NCBI GenBank assembly: GCA_044892505.1
Contig: CM097883.1
Location: 256,866,001 to 256,930,000 of the forward strand
DNA length: 64,000 nt
Direction: 5' to 3'
Source of the DNA: Schmidtea nova
Taxonomy: Eukaryota
Shown piece after piece: positions 1 through 14,020 of this stretch. A program made the position numbers and the translations under genes. Each line of letters opens with the position of its first letter. The stretch's first letter is position 1. Below the pieces are notes generated by a model. It ran no database searches. It was not told the origin of the DNA and was given only the letters and a program-made list of their open reading frames with translations.

Positions 1-39
1 CTATTAATTTTGATAAAAGTACTTTGTTAATTTAGGAAA

Positions 40-450
40 GTGACAAAGATCGATCTAATCGCACTGAGCTGAAATATGTGTTGGTATTGCCTTATTCCGA
101 GGGCTTCAGAGAATTTAAGCTTAAGATTCTCAAACATGTAGACAAGGATCAATTTAAGATTGTTCACTAATAAATGTCCAACGCCATTTGGTTTGAGTTC
201 TGAATTCGTGTATCAATTTTCATGTAATAAATGTAATGCGACATACATTGGAAAGACTGCCCGTCATTTCTTCATCCGAGTTCTTGAGCATTGCCGACTA
301 AAAGGGCTGACTAATATTAGTGATCATTTTAAGAAATGTGTCAGTAAAAGATAGGTATCTCTGATTTTAAAATTATTTCAAAAGGTTTAAGTAATTATTG
401 GGAACGAGTAACTTGTGAGGCACTGTTGATTATTCCACGGATATTTTGAA
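40..450 (+). mobile_element. Penelope-like retroelement remnant (GIY-YIG endonuclease fragment)
   Basis: ORF 160-354 contains FVYQFSCNKCNATYIGKTARHFFIRVLEH, matching the VY-x-F-x-C-x2-C-x3-YIGKT-x-R-H...R-x2-EH pattern of Penelope GIY-YIG domains. It is truncated by stops and its boundaries are approximate. Confidence 0.6.
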
Positions 451-1322
451 TGTGTTTAGGTAAATGGATGTTGAATGTTGCGAATTGTGTTTGTGATATA
501 AATATGTTTGTTTTTGTGAATATTTCCATTTAAAAAAAAATTAATTGTATGTTGAATTTTAAATAAATTTTATGTTTGTTTATTAATTAATTTTTAAAAT
601 TTTATGTAAAAAAATTAAACTTTATTTTAAAAAAAATTAAATTTTGATATAGTTTGAGGATGATTTTTATAGATTAACTTGTTTAGATATTGCATATTTT
701 CTATTTATTATTGATTATCTGATTGCTGTCTGAAGAAGATTGTTATAAAATCGAAATATACCACGTTTATGTTGAATTTACTTAGTTTGTGTTTTTCTAT
801 AATTTAAAATGTCATTATTTTCCGCAATGTTTATTAATTGGAATTTTTCAATCTACATTAGATCTCGATTACTCAAGAGCGAAATTCTTTCAGATAGACT
901 TTTACCTTCTTTCTAATTTTCTTTCTCCCTTCTTCACATGTTTATTTATTTATAAAAATTTAAACAAATTTAACTTTTTATTAAAAATATTTTTTTATAA
1001 AAATAATTTTCAAATTATTAAAATATTACTCTTCATTAAATTTCGATCAATTTTTAGCTCGGTTCAAGTTTTTAAAAAATATATAAATTTTTTTTGGTAG
1101 TTGCGGATTTTTTAATTATAATAATATAATATAGTATTGTAAACCTTTTCCGCAATGTTTATTCTTTTCAAAGACTTTTCACTAACTCCTCCTTTTCTTA
1201 TTTCTTCTACTGTTTTTTTTAAATATAACAGTTCAAATAAATTATAATCAATTAATTATGTGAAAATGATTTGTCAATCAATAAATTATTTTAATTAAAA
1301 AAATATTATTTCCAGTTAATAG

Positions 1323-1577
1323 TTTATGTTATCTACTAATAAAATCTCGTTCAGAATCCTCGCAGCACCTATTCAGGAAATGCCTAGTATTGGTAAAAAT
1401 ATAATTTTCACAAAAACATATGAGCAAAATGCGACAAATTTAAACAAATTAAAACGACAGAAATATCTTGTCAATCTGAAATACATTGAAAACGATAAAC
1501 CGATAAAGAACCACGTGTGGATTCCATACATCATCAGTATCGCGTGCATTATTATTCTTTTATTTGTCATTGTTTCG
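1323..1577 (+). CDS. Receptor-type PTP exon: end of ectodomain and most of the transmembrane helix
   Basis: Open frame ending VWIPYIISIACIIILLFVIVS, with a GTAGGT donor at 1578 (phase 0). The 5' boundary is uncertain (AG at 1321-22, alternatives at 1353-54 and nearby). Confidence 0.6.
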
Positions 1578-1626
1578 GTAGGTTATTAAGATTTTCTCTT
1601 ATTGAATGAGCCTTTTCCTGTTTAAG

Positions 1627-2045
1627 GTGTTAATCTATATGAGAAATAAAAGATCACTGACGAGTAAAAATATAATTGTCAACACCAACTACACGACTTT
1701 CGATTTTTTCCATTGCAATAATAGCAACAATCATATTTTTTCTGACGATTCCAAAACTCCAAAAGACAGAAATGGTACCTGGTTGAATTTACAATCGATC
1801 AATGAAGTGATAAACCACTTAAAACTTCCGAAAGAAACGAACTCCGAAAAACTGTGTAAAGATGTGAAAAATGATCTCAACAATATCATTGTTAAAGAAG
1901 TCCAACCAGTTATCTCGAAAAATGAATCGTTTTATGTGGGAAATTCAAATACGTTAACATTTTCACCTCAAACGACTGGAGTTATTGCAGGGTATAGTTA
2001 TCGGAATCACACATATAGGGCGAAAAATAAAGGATTACTGGAAAG
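1627..2045 (+). CDS. Receptor-type PTP exon: end of TM, juxtamembrane region, first half of KIM (GLLE)
   Basis: TTTAAG acceptor after a 49-nt intron (1578-1626). The join gives ...LFVIVS|VLIYMRNKR (TM followed by a basic stop-transfer). The exon ends GGA TTA CTG GAA AG|GTAAAT (phase 2). Confidence 0.75.
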
Positions 2046-5000
2046 GTAAATATATTTCATTAGTATTATAATTATTTATAGTTTTTATGCAATTAAATTA
2101 ATTTTTAAGTCGGAACTATATATTTTTATTTAATTTTTTATTTAATTTTTAGTTTTTTATTGCAAATTTTAATTTTGGGACATTGGGACGAAATATATAA
2201 TATTGTTACGAAATTCTTGTTTACATATTCTTATGAAAAATTAATTTTTATTTTACACAAAACCATGGGCGGATCTAGAAAGGTTTCCAAAAAAATATGT
2301 TTATAGTTTATATTAATTTTAATTTCAAACAAAATTCTGAGTTTCGAAATTACACGTGTATTTTAGACACGAATTTCATTTTTGACGTTGAAATATATTA
2401 CATCCAGAAATATTATGAGTTATATTATTTTAATTGCTATAATGTAATGGAAACCAAAATTGAAATGACATGTTTTTTTTCATTGCAAAAAAGTAAGTAA
2501 TTAAAGTAATTCAGCAGAAATGAAATACAGTAAAAATTTCATTAACTGAAAGGCTAGGTCGGGAGGAGAGCGATCCCGTCTCTTTAAATAAAGTGAAGAT
2601 TTATTTATTATGTTAAATTATTAAAATACTTTAAACCTCAAAAATCAAATAATAAAGATTCACTTTATCAGTGAGATTTTAAAGGCCCTTAATTTTGCTC
2701 AATCGTGTAACGACAGTGGAACTTAATGGGCTAAATTAATATTGTAAATGTTATAAAGAAATTGGAATAATTAAAATATCGTGAAAAGCTTTCAGGGAAC
2801 GAAATCATTGATGCGAATTTCCATTTTTTAATTGAGTATTCCTATCACCTTTTTCAAAGACTTGGGATTGAAAAATGAACCTTAGCATTTCATTAGGTAT
2901 TTGTATATAAATTTCTCCAAATTATTTTATACAAATACAGTAACGGTTTAACTAAAATAGATACATCATTTCCATATTGAATCTACTATAAACTTACAAT
3001 TTTTCATTTTACAGTCTCATGACAGTTTTAGTGGTTTGATAGGAATAAGTCAAAAGTAGTTGTGTTGTCATTTTAAAATGTGATGTTTAAATATACATCC
3101 GGGTGTATTTAATTTGGATTAAAGCTAAAATTCTGACCTCATGCCCCTACTAAATGTGTATGTATCCATTGGTCAGTGTGCACAGTTCTTTGCTTATAGC
3201 AGATTGAAGTTAGAAATGGTGTAACTTTATACTTAAAAAATTTGTAGGGAAAAATATTACATCTCAATTAATTGGAAAACCTATTTCCTAAGAAAGATGC
3301 GTTCCTGGAAAAATTCCTCACGAAAATACTTTTCATATAACGAAATATGGGGTACATTCGCATATAATGTGGAATAAAGAACTGTATTTATTTCAAAAAC
3401 CCATGGGAAAATCTTGAAAAACTAAGCATGCGTATCTACAGTACATTCGCATATAATTTGAGCAGTAAAATTAAAATCACACTTTTCATATATTTTTCAA
3501 AATAGAACTTTCAACGATCCAAAATGGTTACAAATATTAAAAAAGAATTAAAAACTTTTAATTACAAATAATACGAATAATATTTAGCAACAATTCGGCT
3601 CTACTTGATAAGTGCATAGGTTTACAGCGATATGGACTAAAATACTGTCCTCGACTTATTTTATTTTATTTTATAAATTGGGGATTTTATTATATTCCGA
3701 TATTGATTACTTTCACGGAGGCCGACGATAATTAATATTATTAGATAAACAGGACATCCGTTGGAAAAATTAAATATAATTTATTATATTAGCCAAAAAG
3801 ACAACTGATAGCGATATCATATATTTTTTTCTTTTTTTTAATGCGGATTTAATTTTAATTTATTTTTCTCATCTCAAATCGCATGTAAAATTGAAATTTT
3901 TTAAAACACCATTGATTTATTTTGGAATTGGAATGAAATTTAAAAATTGTTCTCAAAACTGTTGAATAAAATATGAAAAAATTGTATAATATTTTTGTTG
4001 TTGTTTTATTGCACTGTGAAATAAATATAATAATGCATTTGCAAAATTCGTTATTATATTGGAAGGGAGGATTGTAGCTCCTATGCTATGCGATGTTACG
4101 TAATCCATTATAATTGTTGTATTTGGATGTTTGGTTGTTTGCTGTCTTCCACTATAGTTTAGACTGAAATTTTGAACTCTTCTTTCTTGAAATTGGGTAT
4201 CTCTAGATTTTGAAAATTAGAATTATTTCCAAACGCTGTCAATTGTACCTTTGATTTGTCTTCATCCGTTTTCTGATATACTTGTTTACTGTTAGACCTT
4301 TCTGTATTGATTCTCAGTAATATTTAGATTCTTTTTTTGATAACTTTATTTTTAGTAAATCCTCTGTAATACAATCATAATAATAATCATAATAATCGTA
4401 ATCATAGTAAATAAATTGTTCATTAGCATCATATGATTTCCAAATTTAGCTGACATAAATGACTATTAACACATGAATTAAGGATGACGTCAATTGGTGT
4501 TCAGTGCTGCTCAATGTTTCATTCTTTTTTTCCGTAAAACTTTGTTGATCATTGAGAGAAACTGGTTTCCGATTTCTCAGAATATCTTAAAAATGACCCC
4601 ATATTTATCCGTTTCGTGGTTTTATCAGTATTTTGAAGAGTGACTTTCTGTGTTTCATTAGGATATTTTGAGAATTTGAAAATATCACTCTTTTTATAAT
4701 GTTTTTGACAACCTTGTATCACACTCCATGTATTATTTTGTACTTACTCTCATCAATTTTCGTTTTTAAGAAAAAAATTTATTTTAGCAACCTGAACAGT
4801 TGTGCGTCTTGCATTCATTCGTTTCTATCAAGGAGCGGTTAGTACGCCAATTGGCATAAAATATAAATAAATAAAGTTAAAAAGTTTGGCAATATTTTCC
4901 AAAAACATTTTTCTTTTGTAGAAAGAAAAAGCTGCCTCTCCATTGGCAGGTTAACAAAAGTTCTAGCTGCAGCGAATGTGTTAAGCTATTATTGCCAGTT

Positions 5001-6411
5001 AGGTTATGACTGTTAGATTAGAATTGAAAACTACGAGTTTAATCATATATATTTTTAGTGGAAAAGTCTCTGAAATTGAATTTTTAAATTTTTAGTTTTT
5101 TTCTCTTCCCAAACAAATCCTTCTAAAAATTTTTTTTTAAAAATAAATTATTGGAAAAACTTTCAAAACAAAAAAAAATATACTACTATTAAATTTCAAA
5201 ACAATAATAATATATCAACATATTTCTAATCGAATCGAGTGAATTATTAATAAAAATTCCTGAGAAAAGAATTAGCGCGATTCGATTTCATTCGATTGAA
5301 GTTTGTAGACATGAATATTGTCAGATTAGTTTTTACATAAATTATAGCGCTGATTATCATAATATACAATCTAGGAATGTGAGAAAATAAGACTGGTAAT
5401 TTTGATAAATTATTCAAAATTCAACAACGATTTTTTTTTCAAGTCATACTTTGTTTAATAAACAATAAATTATTTCGCTGAAAATTTGAACAGTCTTTGT
5501 TAATTTTTCTCGATTTTTACCGCATGACCAACTACCATATCTCACGATGTTGAAGTTCATATCTGAAATACAATTGAAAATATAGTTAAATTGAAAATTA
5601 TACCACTCAAACTGGAAACTTTTATTTAGCAATTATATTTAAGAAATTTAGTTCTATTACCAACTGTAACCCGTGAAAAATCACGAATTATATTTTTATT
5701 ATATTTTAAAAATATTCTGCTATCGATAATAAAGTTTTTTATATTTTTATTTATCTAAAATAATAATTGATAATAAAATTTATTTCTAGCATTAAATTAT
5801 TATAATTAATTACTTAAAAACAATAACTAGTACAAAATTTCTTTAAAAAAATAAATTGAAGATATAAAAGTCCCGACGTAAGTGCAACGGTATTTATATA
5901 GATTTTAGACACTTTTAGCTAAAACAGTTCAAGCTAATTGCATGTTTGACTAAATCGATTTATCTGCAAACGTTGAATATATCTATTTAACAGAGCCATT
6001 TTAACTAAAATTAATAGATGAACCTAACCCTAACTACTAGTTCTAATTCATTTTTATATAAAAAATTATCCATTTAACAATATACTATCTTTGCTTTTTC
6101 TATTTTGTATTCCATTTTCATTTAATAAAATTTACCGGGGTAACTTATTGTTATAAACTTGCAATTTTTATAATTTAAATTGTTCAGATTTTTTATTATT
6201 TCATATTTAAATTTTTAGTTTTAAAAAAGTTAAATGTTTAAAAATATTTTGCATTTAAAAGTTTAATTTCTATCTAGTTTAATTGTTTTAGCCAAAATGT
6301 GCTAGTTGAATTGAATTTTAGTAGAATTGTAATTAGTTGAATTGTTTTAGTTAAAAGGGCCGGTAACGATTTATATAATTTGATTATTTAAAATATTATG
6401 TTGGGGTTTAA

Positions 6412-7560
6412 CACTAGAATTACCAACAGTTGTTATATACCTATCACCACAATTTTTACATATAGACATTTTTTCAATGTACATTTACCACAAACATATT
6501 TTTTACAACAAACATAGATAATCATGGTATTATGGTATTATGGTTTTTTTATTTTTTCATTACATAAACCTATTTGGCAAGTTTTTCTTTTGTTAGAACT
6601 TCTCTTCGAAAGGACATAATAGTTTTCTAGTTCAGATGGATCTTTCTATTCTGTGGAAAGTTCTTCTGCAAATTGAAACAAAAATCTTTTCTCGATATAT
6701 TTTTTCGAGTTGTTTCGTTATATAAAATCCATGCATTTATTGCTCCCAAGTCGAAAAATATTTTAAGATATCATTTTCGAGATCCCGACTTCACACTATC
6801 ATTTTTTATAATAAAACCAAATTCGGGGTAGGCATGGCGGATCAAATGCCAGAAAATATAGTTTCAGGTAATTTATTTTGTCTTTTTCAACGTTGAATGA
6901 ATAATGTTTCGTACTCAGTAGAAGTACTTTTTTTGTTAGCTTACTTTTATATACTGTTAAAGTACAATTATTTGTTTTATAAATTATTATTGAAAATCGA
7001 GGTAAATTATCTTTTTTTTGTTAAGCAAGTTTCGGCAATTCTCTTTTATTTTCACGAATTGTTCCAACTAAAGTTGTGCATTTTTCCAAATATTTTGATG
7101 CTAGTGATTTGTTAGTAAAATAAGTATCAGCAGTTACATTTCTTCCAGCACTGATTAACGGTTCAATTAATTGTAAGACAAAAAGCTCACTCGAAGGAGT
7201 TGACGACTGTCTTGTTTCGTCCTTTCCAAAATGCATGTGCACACGCAAGTAAAACAAAGCAGACAATGAATATAACTTTTGGCCTTCCGGCCAGCATACA
7301 TTTTTGTAACCTTGCCTGGCTTTGTATAGCAGATTCAAGTTAATAATTAAAGATGGTATTATATGTATTTGAAAATGAGTGACGTAGTGTGTCATATTTT
7401 ATAAGCTATACAAATACAACTTTTCATGCTAACAACGAGTTTATTCAAATAAATTTTTCTTGTTATAAAATTCGAAATTCCTTTGGCATCAATTATCATC
7501 AGCGGTTTCAGATTTCACAGCCAGATCTTCGTCATTAAACCCAAGAAGAGCCTACACTGC
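6412..7560 (-). mobile_element. Degenerate piggyBac-type transposon (3' part)
   Basis: Minus-strand ORF 7021-7395 contains GRNVTADTYFT...TTLVGTIRENKRELP. The minus strand near 6650-6770 reads roughly FFDLGAINAWILY...RFLFQFAEEL. The terminus CACTAGAATTACC follows TTAA at 6408-6411. The other end was not found. Confidence 0.75.
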
Positions 7561-8859
7561 CCAACACAGATAAATAATATGTACTAAATAAATATCATTA
7601 TCTAAAAAAACGGTAGTTCACAAGTAAACAACAAAAGAAATCAAACTTATTTTATTTATTCTTTTTTAAATCTTAAAAATAACAAAATTAATTATTCTAA
7701 AAATATCAATAATAGTAGAAAACAATTTTATATGCATATGTAGAACGAGAACACAAGTACCCACCCAATGGTGGCAGATGGATGCATATGGTATAAAAAG
7801 GTGCGGGGTTTATCAATTATTTTTTACTGTTTTAGTGAAAAAGTGCGGGTTATACCCGTCTGCGGGGTATCTGCGGGAAAATACGGTAATTGGCTAATGG
7901 GAAATGCGAGCTAATCGGAAACCCGAGCCAATAGGGAATCCGAGTATAGTGGGAAGCCCGAATAAGCAGCGAGACAGATAATTATCCCTGAGAAAATTAA
8001 TTCCAAAGGAAACCCGATAGGCACGATTGGCGGAAGGGTAGATGATAATTTTATTTGTAATAAAGGAAATTATAAAATGTCAAATTGGGAGAAACTACCA
8101 AACATTTTGATCAGATAGTAAAAATTCATCAAAATGAACAGTATAAAAGGAGAAAAAAAATTCGAAAGTTCGCCAGAGTGGTCGAAGACAAAAAAGTGAG
8201 TAAATATTTATTAAACTATAAGACAAGAGTTAAAGAAGTTGGAAGTAAATTTATTCTTCACAGCATACCAGAAAGAGAGATCTTCCTTTGAGAGTCTTAT
8301 CCATGCGCTCAGTTAGAAAAATCAGTTCAATGAAAGTTGTGAAATTTTTCTACATAGACTTGTTGTTGTCATAAGTTGTATAAAAAATTGTGTTAATTCT
8401 AGTTTCGAATAAAATTTTCAGTGTTGGGTTAATTTCTTGTATCAATCTTAAGAATACTAAGGAGTCAGATAAACAGTACTGACTAATTAATAAATACCCA
8501 ACAGTTACAATATTTTATTTTTAATATATATTAATGACACTCATGATAGTATGTAATTTTTACAATTTTGCATTTTCTAATTTCAAATGAATTAGTATCG
8601 ATACTTACGAATATCGAATTAGTTTCACTTGTCTAAATGTTATCACTAAAAATAACAAAATTCAAGAAACTTTTTTTTTGTTTTAAAAAAATCCAGAATT
8701 CACTGCTCACACGAACATTTATAGCAAAGTTGTCAATTCCAAAAGAGCTCAACACAAGAAAAAATTATTTTAACAATTAATTAAGCGAAGCATACATCTG
8801 AAAATAGACCAATCCAAATCCAACTAGAAAACCAACTCGAATCCAATATAATTCAAAGA

Positions 8860-8936
8860 CCACAAACCACACACATAAAACCACAAACCACACACATAAA
8901 ACCACAAACCACACACATAAAACCACAAACACACAC
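8860..8936. repeat. 21-bp minisatellite (CCACAAACCACACACATAAAA) x~3.6
   Basis: Direct inspection: copies start at 8860, 8881, 8902 and 8923 (partial). Confidence 0.9.
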
Positions 8937-9900
8937 TACCCAGTTAAAAAGAAAAAACCAAACTTGATGCATACACGCATATACATCTCGAGGTTGACCA
9001 ATAGTATTTACCGATAAATATATGACAGAATTTTAAATATAATTTTACAATAATATTATATATAATATTATTTATTATTTAGCATTATTAAAAATAAAAA
9101 CATATTTAAATATTTGTTTTGTAACCTTTTAATTTATTACGTTTCTTTCGCACAATATGACCGACAGAAAAAAACATTTTCTTATATTAATAAACGTAAA
9201 CATTTATTGTTGAAATAAGTAACAATTATTATGAAAATTGCCATCAATTTTTGATAAGTAATATTCATATTTGTTTATAAAAAAAGGCTGGCGATTTGAA
9301 ATTTGTTTAAATAACAATTAATTTTTCTTTTTGATACAGGTTGTGCTGAAATATCGTGTACTTAACAAGCATAAAAAACTTTATCTAGTCTTGTAAATAT
9401 TATTATGGTAATTATTGAAATAAAAATAAAGAATAATTGTTTAAGTTGAATTGCAGAACGATTACATTTAAAATAATTATCGGTAGGTCTTAAATTGAAT
9501 AAATGTTACAATTTTCTCAAGAATTGTATTCGGATGGAAAAGTGTCAATTTTTTTCTTGGTTATATTTAATTTACAAGTATTATTATCCTAATTATAAGA
9601 TCAACTCTTGCATAACTTACTACTTAAGAATGAATATGATTTTTTCTTATTTATATATTTAAAAAATATGTAAAAATAATTCAAAATTTTCAAATTCAAT
9701 TTATATTGTTATCCTACATTGTCAGAAATTTTTAAATTACTTTTCGAAGAAAGAACTAATGCTGTAGAATAGGTTGTTAAACTTTCATATCTTAGAAATA
9801 AAATTTATTAAATTATATTTCCGATTAAGTATTTCAATTATTTTTTACTAACTTAATCACATTAATATAAATTGTTTTGTCGTTAGCAGTGTCTATTAAA

Positions 9901-10012
9901 ATATAATAATAGGGTAAAATTGTTAAGTCTTTCTCCGCAATGTTTATTTAATGAAATATTTCATTAAATAAACATTGCGAAGAAAAGCTTAGAAATTTTA
10001 CCTTATTATTAT
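9901..10012. repeat. Palindromic MITE-like element with a 44-bp perfect loopless core (9936-9979)
   Basis: CGCAATGTTTATTTAATGAAAT|ATTTCATTAAATAAACATTGCG with imperfect extension on both sides. The arm motif TCCGCAATGTTTATT also occurs at ~821-836 and ~1149-1163. Confidence 0.8.
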
Positions 10013-11424
10013 AACTTAATTACATTAGTTGAATTTGTTTCATATATTTTTTAAGACATTTTTAAATTCACTAAAATTATATATACAAGTGATAAATTTA
10101 TTCATACAAATCGTAGTTTACGAATTTCCGTATATCGAATCAATCTACGCCACTGACAACCATTAAACAGTCGTTATGCTAATATAACAGAAAAGTATTC
10201 AACAAATTGTCTAAATCCAATCTTTTGTCTTAGTAAATCGAATTGAGATAATCTTTATCGAAATTGATCTTCATTGCATTCTGATTATGTAGAAAAATCA
10301 AATTTTTTAATGTCTTTAATAGAATTCTTAAAATTACAATAAATTCTCGATAAGTGTCACAAAAAAGATGAATCAATTTCTTTTTAAAATTCCATAAAAA
10401 TAAGCGGTGACAGTTACCGAATTTTAATGAATCAATTTTTAATTCATTTTCTGAGCTTTATTTATGCAGCAAAATAACTATTGAGTGTGATACTTATCGA
10501 GAATTTACTGTATTACAGAAATTTTTGCAAACTTCATAGAAATTCTCTATTAATTGGTGTTATATAAATAGTTGGAACTTCTTTTGTCTTCCACTATTAT
10601 TATAATGTTTATTATATTATTATTGTATACATTTCATGTTTAAATCATGGATATGAAATAGTTGAATAAATAGAAAATACTGTAAATAAAGCACTCAAAT
10701 TATTCATATGATCTTGAAATTTATAACCTAATCTATTATTAGTTTGTATTCATTATTAGAAGGATGACAAATCTAAAAGTTTACTTAGAAATAAAAATTT
10801 ATATTGAATATTAATAAACTAGAATTTATTTGAATAACTAATTTACATATTATCTATAAAGAAACATTTATAAACTTATTTTGCACCTAAAGCCTCGTAA
10901 ACTATTTAATATTAAATCACAGGTCACATATTTTCAATATTAGAAATAAGTAAGCAAAAAAGTTGAGATAAAGATTTTGTTTTCAAAACAAAAAATATTT
11001 TATGACATTAATTTTTAAAAAAACAACAATATTATAAAATTATATAAAGTTTAAAATATTTCTATTATTATTAAATTCAATTGTTAAATCAAAGACTCAT
11101 ACAAAATTCGGACTGGTACAAATCAAAATAAATGCCTTTTTAAAAAAAAATATTAAACAAATTTAAATATTAATTTTTTTACATTTAATTTAAAATTAAA
11201 TACTACATTATTTTAAAATAATCAAAATAATTTATTACTTTTTTGTAAAATTGAATTAAAATAAATTTAAAATTTTAATGAAATTTAAACAAGTAAAAGA
11301 AAAATGTTTTTTAAAGAATTTATTTGCAGACTTCATGTTTGGGAAGCCTATTTTTTATCAATAAATTTACAATTTCATAAAATATACATGGTAAGACTAA
11401 AAAGTCCTTAGACTCATTCAGATA

Positions 11425-12350
11425 TAATAAGTTAGTGGAACCAAATTCATTATTATCAATAAGAAAAATATGTAGAATTTGTTTCTTAACATAACTCCCA
11501 TTAACTCTGATGAACTTTCGTCAACGCTCTACCATTTATTTAAAAGTCATTTCAAATTTTTGTTGCTTCACCTCAAGAAATTACTTAACCTTTTCCTTCA
11601 AATCATGCAATGACTCAAATATTTTACCTCCCAAATCATTCTTTATATGATCGAACACCAAAAATCACTTGTCTGTATTGTGGACGGTACAATTGCATAA
11701 ATCTAATTCTGGTACTGCTTCCTGTGTTTGATAAGATAAGTGGGCTGGAGCTTTGTCATAGAGCAAATAAAGATCCTGGTTTTGTGGTTTGCGTCTCATG
11801 ACCTTGATTTCATTGATCAAAAGGGTAGAGTACTTTGAGTAAATATTGCCGTTAGAAAAATTTACCTTTAAAACTCTTAAAATCCAAAAATACACATAAC
11901 ATCAAGCATTTGTGATGTGAATGAAGCACCTTTGGTGACGTCTCTGCAGGTAATACCCGATCTCTAGATATTTGTCTAGAGTCGGCTATGCAGGTGCTTA
12001 AAGGAGTTTCATCCGTTGTCACGATATTTGCCAGAAAGCTTGATCTTATAGGAAAATATTTTTTTACAAACAACATTTTGTCTATCCATCATGTCTGCCG
12101 TTAAATACCGTCGAACGAACCTACTACATAATTTCTTGATTTCAAATTTACCCATCATTAGATTTATTATCCTCTTGTAAACATTTCGTTTTATAGACAA
12201 CTTCATTTGTGCGATATTCCTATTCTTAGACAGAATATACTTCTATTTTCGAATATAGAAGTCGGAGGAAAACTCTCAAATCTTGTTATATATTGTTGTT
12301 CCTGAAAACGCCTCAAATTCCTATTCTTCTTCAATCTGTTGAATACTTTT
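11425..12350 (-). mobile_element. Degenerate mariner transposon
   Basis: Minus-strand fragments KKLCSRFV, IVTTDETP, KCLMLCVF and LLYDKAPAH correspond to the mariner WVPH, DETW, MLCVWW and HDNARPH motifs. Many stops and frameshifts; boundaries approximate. Confidence 0.7.
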
Positions 12351-12380
12351 TTTTTCTACGTGATGTGTTTAATAAGTGCC

Positions 12381-13460
12381 CGGACTAGATGCTAAAGGAA
12401 ACCAAAAAGATTGGTATATTTTAACATAAGAACTACAAGGGTATGTAGGCTTTATTTTTCAAAATAAGACTCATTCTGGTACACACACTTCCTCCACTAA
12501 TGCAAGAGTTCCAAAAATGCATTTTTGAGGAAAATTGGACTTTGATCTTTCAAGAAAGGTTCCACATCCTGTTATAAATCTGCATCATTTTGGCAGATTT
12601 GCCCTCGCAAATGTTTCTTCACATGCCTGAATATATAAAACTAGATCGGGATTGTGGAGAGGATGATCCATTATTTCCGCACTTTTGTGGATTTGGACGT
12701 TGTCTTGGAGAAGCCATAAAGGGAGACAACGTTGCTTACGGCAATTACGTCTGCATGTGTTCACGAGGTTGCTGTAGTAGGTGTAATTCATTCACAGACT
12801 CCAGCGAAACCTGTACAGATTATGTTACTTTGATGTTAAAAAATTGTCAACATCAGTGATTTTCAATGACCTATTCTAGATCTCATCTTCCTGGAATTTG
12901 TTTCTCCAGGGAATTTTCATTCGCTGAACTCAGGATTTGTTTCAGAAACATTCATTGATAATTAGGTTTCATCCAAAGTAATTATATTTCTAAGGAATTT
13001 ATAAATGAGATGGTTTGTCTGGCAACATTCTTCCACGTTTCGTTCAGCTCACAGGAAAGAAAACATGGGACGATCCAGGATGCCAATTTTTTTATTTTTC
13101 CAGATCCATTCAGGATGGCATATACACCTTCGGTACTCATATTCAACCTTTTGCGATATATAATAATGATTTGGCGTCCTTCCTTCGCAAACATTTCGAT
13201 ATTTTTTGATCAGAAATTTTACAAGGACGACCAGCTTTTTCATCGTCAAACAATGACTGGTGACCATTTTTGAACTGGGTAATCCAATAGTAGATATTTG
13301 CTATCACCACCCAAAACAAGAATTTAGTCACACTTTGATACTCTATGTGCTCTCCCTCGCGATTATGCAGGCGCATATTAAAACAAACTATATTTTTGCA
13401 ACCATGGATAATATATTATGATTCCTAAATTTTGGGAGATTTTATCCTCTTCTCAGAAGA
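12381..13460 (-). mobile_element. Degenerate mariner transposon
   Basis: Minus-strand fragments EYQSVTKFL, IYYWITQFKNGHQSLFDDEKAGRP, KKLASWIVP, LLQDNVQIHKS and HPLHNPDL. The 3' end at 12381-12460 is the reverse complement of the 24464-24545 end. Confidence 0.7.
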
Positions 13461-13733
13461 AACAAGCAAAATACACCGAGTTAACAAAAATAATCACGCT
13501 TATTTTACTGATAACAAATATTTGTTCAATTGATACTAAATTTATAGGTCGATGAAAATATTTTACTTTTGTTTGTTATTAATAAAAATATGACTTAAAT
13601 GTTGAAACGAGTTTATATTATAGAAATTTATTAGCGAATAAAATTATATGTCAAGCGATAAATTTAAATGGATTTTGAACGAAATATAAAATGAGTTTAT
13701 TAAAAATGTCATACTTTTATTATTTTTACTTAG

Positions 13734-14020
13734 CCGACGAGGTTCAAGGACATCATTAACATTGAGTTTATCACCATCGATAGATTCTATAAGTAGTACT
13801 CGATCTCCGTCACCTTTGAAAACAGACAATGAACAAGATAAATATATTCTAGAGCAAAATTCCTTATACCTCACTATTGACGAGTTGAATAAAAAAGTTC
13901 ATGGAGATACAGAAATTCTTTTCCAAGAGTTTTGGTCGATTCCTATGAATCATACTAGTCGTTTTGATTTGAGCATATCTGGGATGGCTACCAAAAACCG
14001 ATACAAATCAATTTTACCGA
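13734..14020 (+). CDS. PTPRR/PTPN5/PTPN7-like exon: KIM second half and start of the PTP domain (KNRY loop)
   Basis: TTTTTACTTAG acceptor. Translation is RRGSRTSLTLSLSP...EILFQEFWSIPMNH...GMATKNRYKSILP, compared with vertebrate ERRGSNVSLTL and KNRYKTILP. GTATGA donor at 14021 (phase 1). Phase is compatible with the exon ending at 2045. Confidence 0.9.

Noticed and set aside
789-1100. 103-aa ORF and similar F/I/K/L-rich ORFs in AT-rich intronic DNA
   Set aside because: Composition is typical of random AT-rich sequence, with no motifs or splice support.
7880-8300. Possible GIY-YIG or Tc2/pogo-end fragments (GETTKHF; GAAAATACGGTA), with a related inverted stretch at ~25385-25410
   Set aside because: Too short and degenerate to assign to a family.
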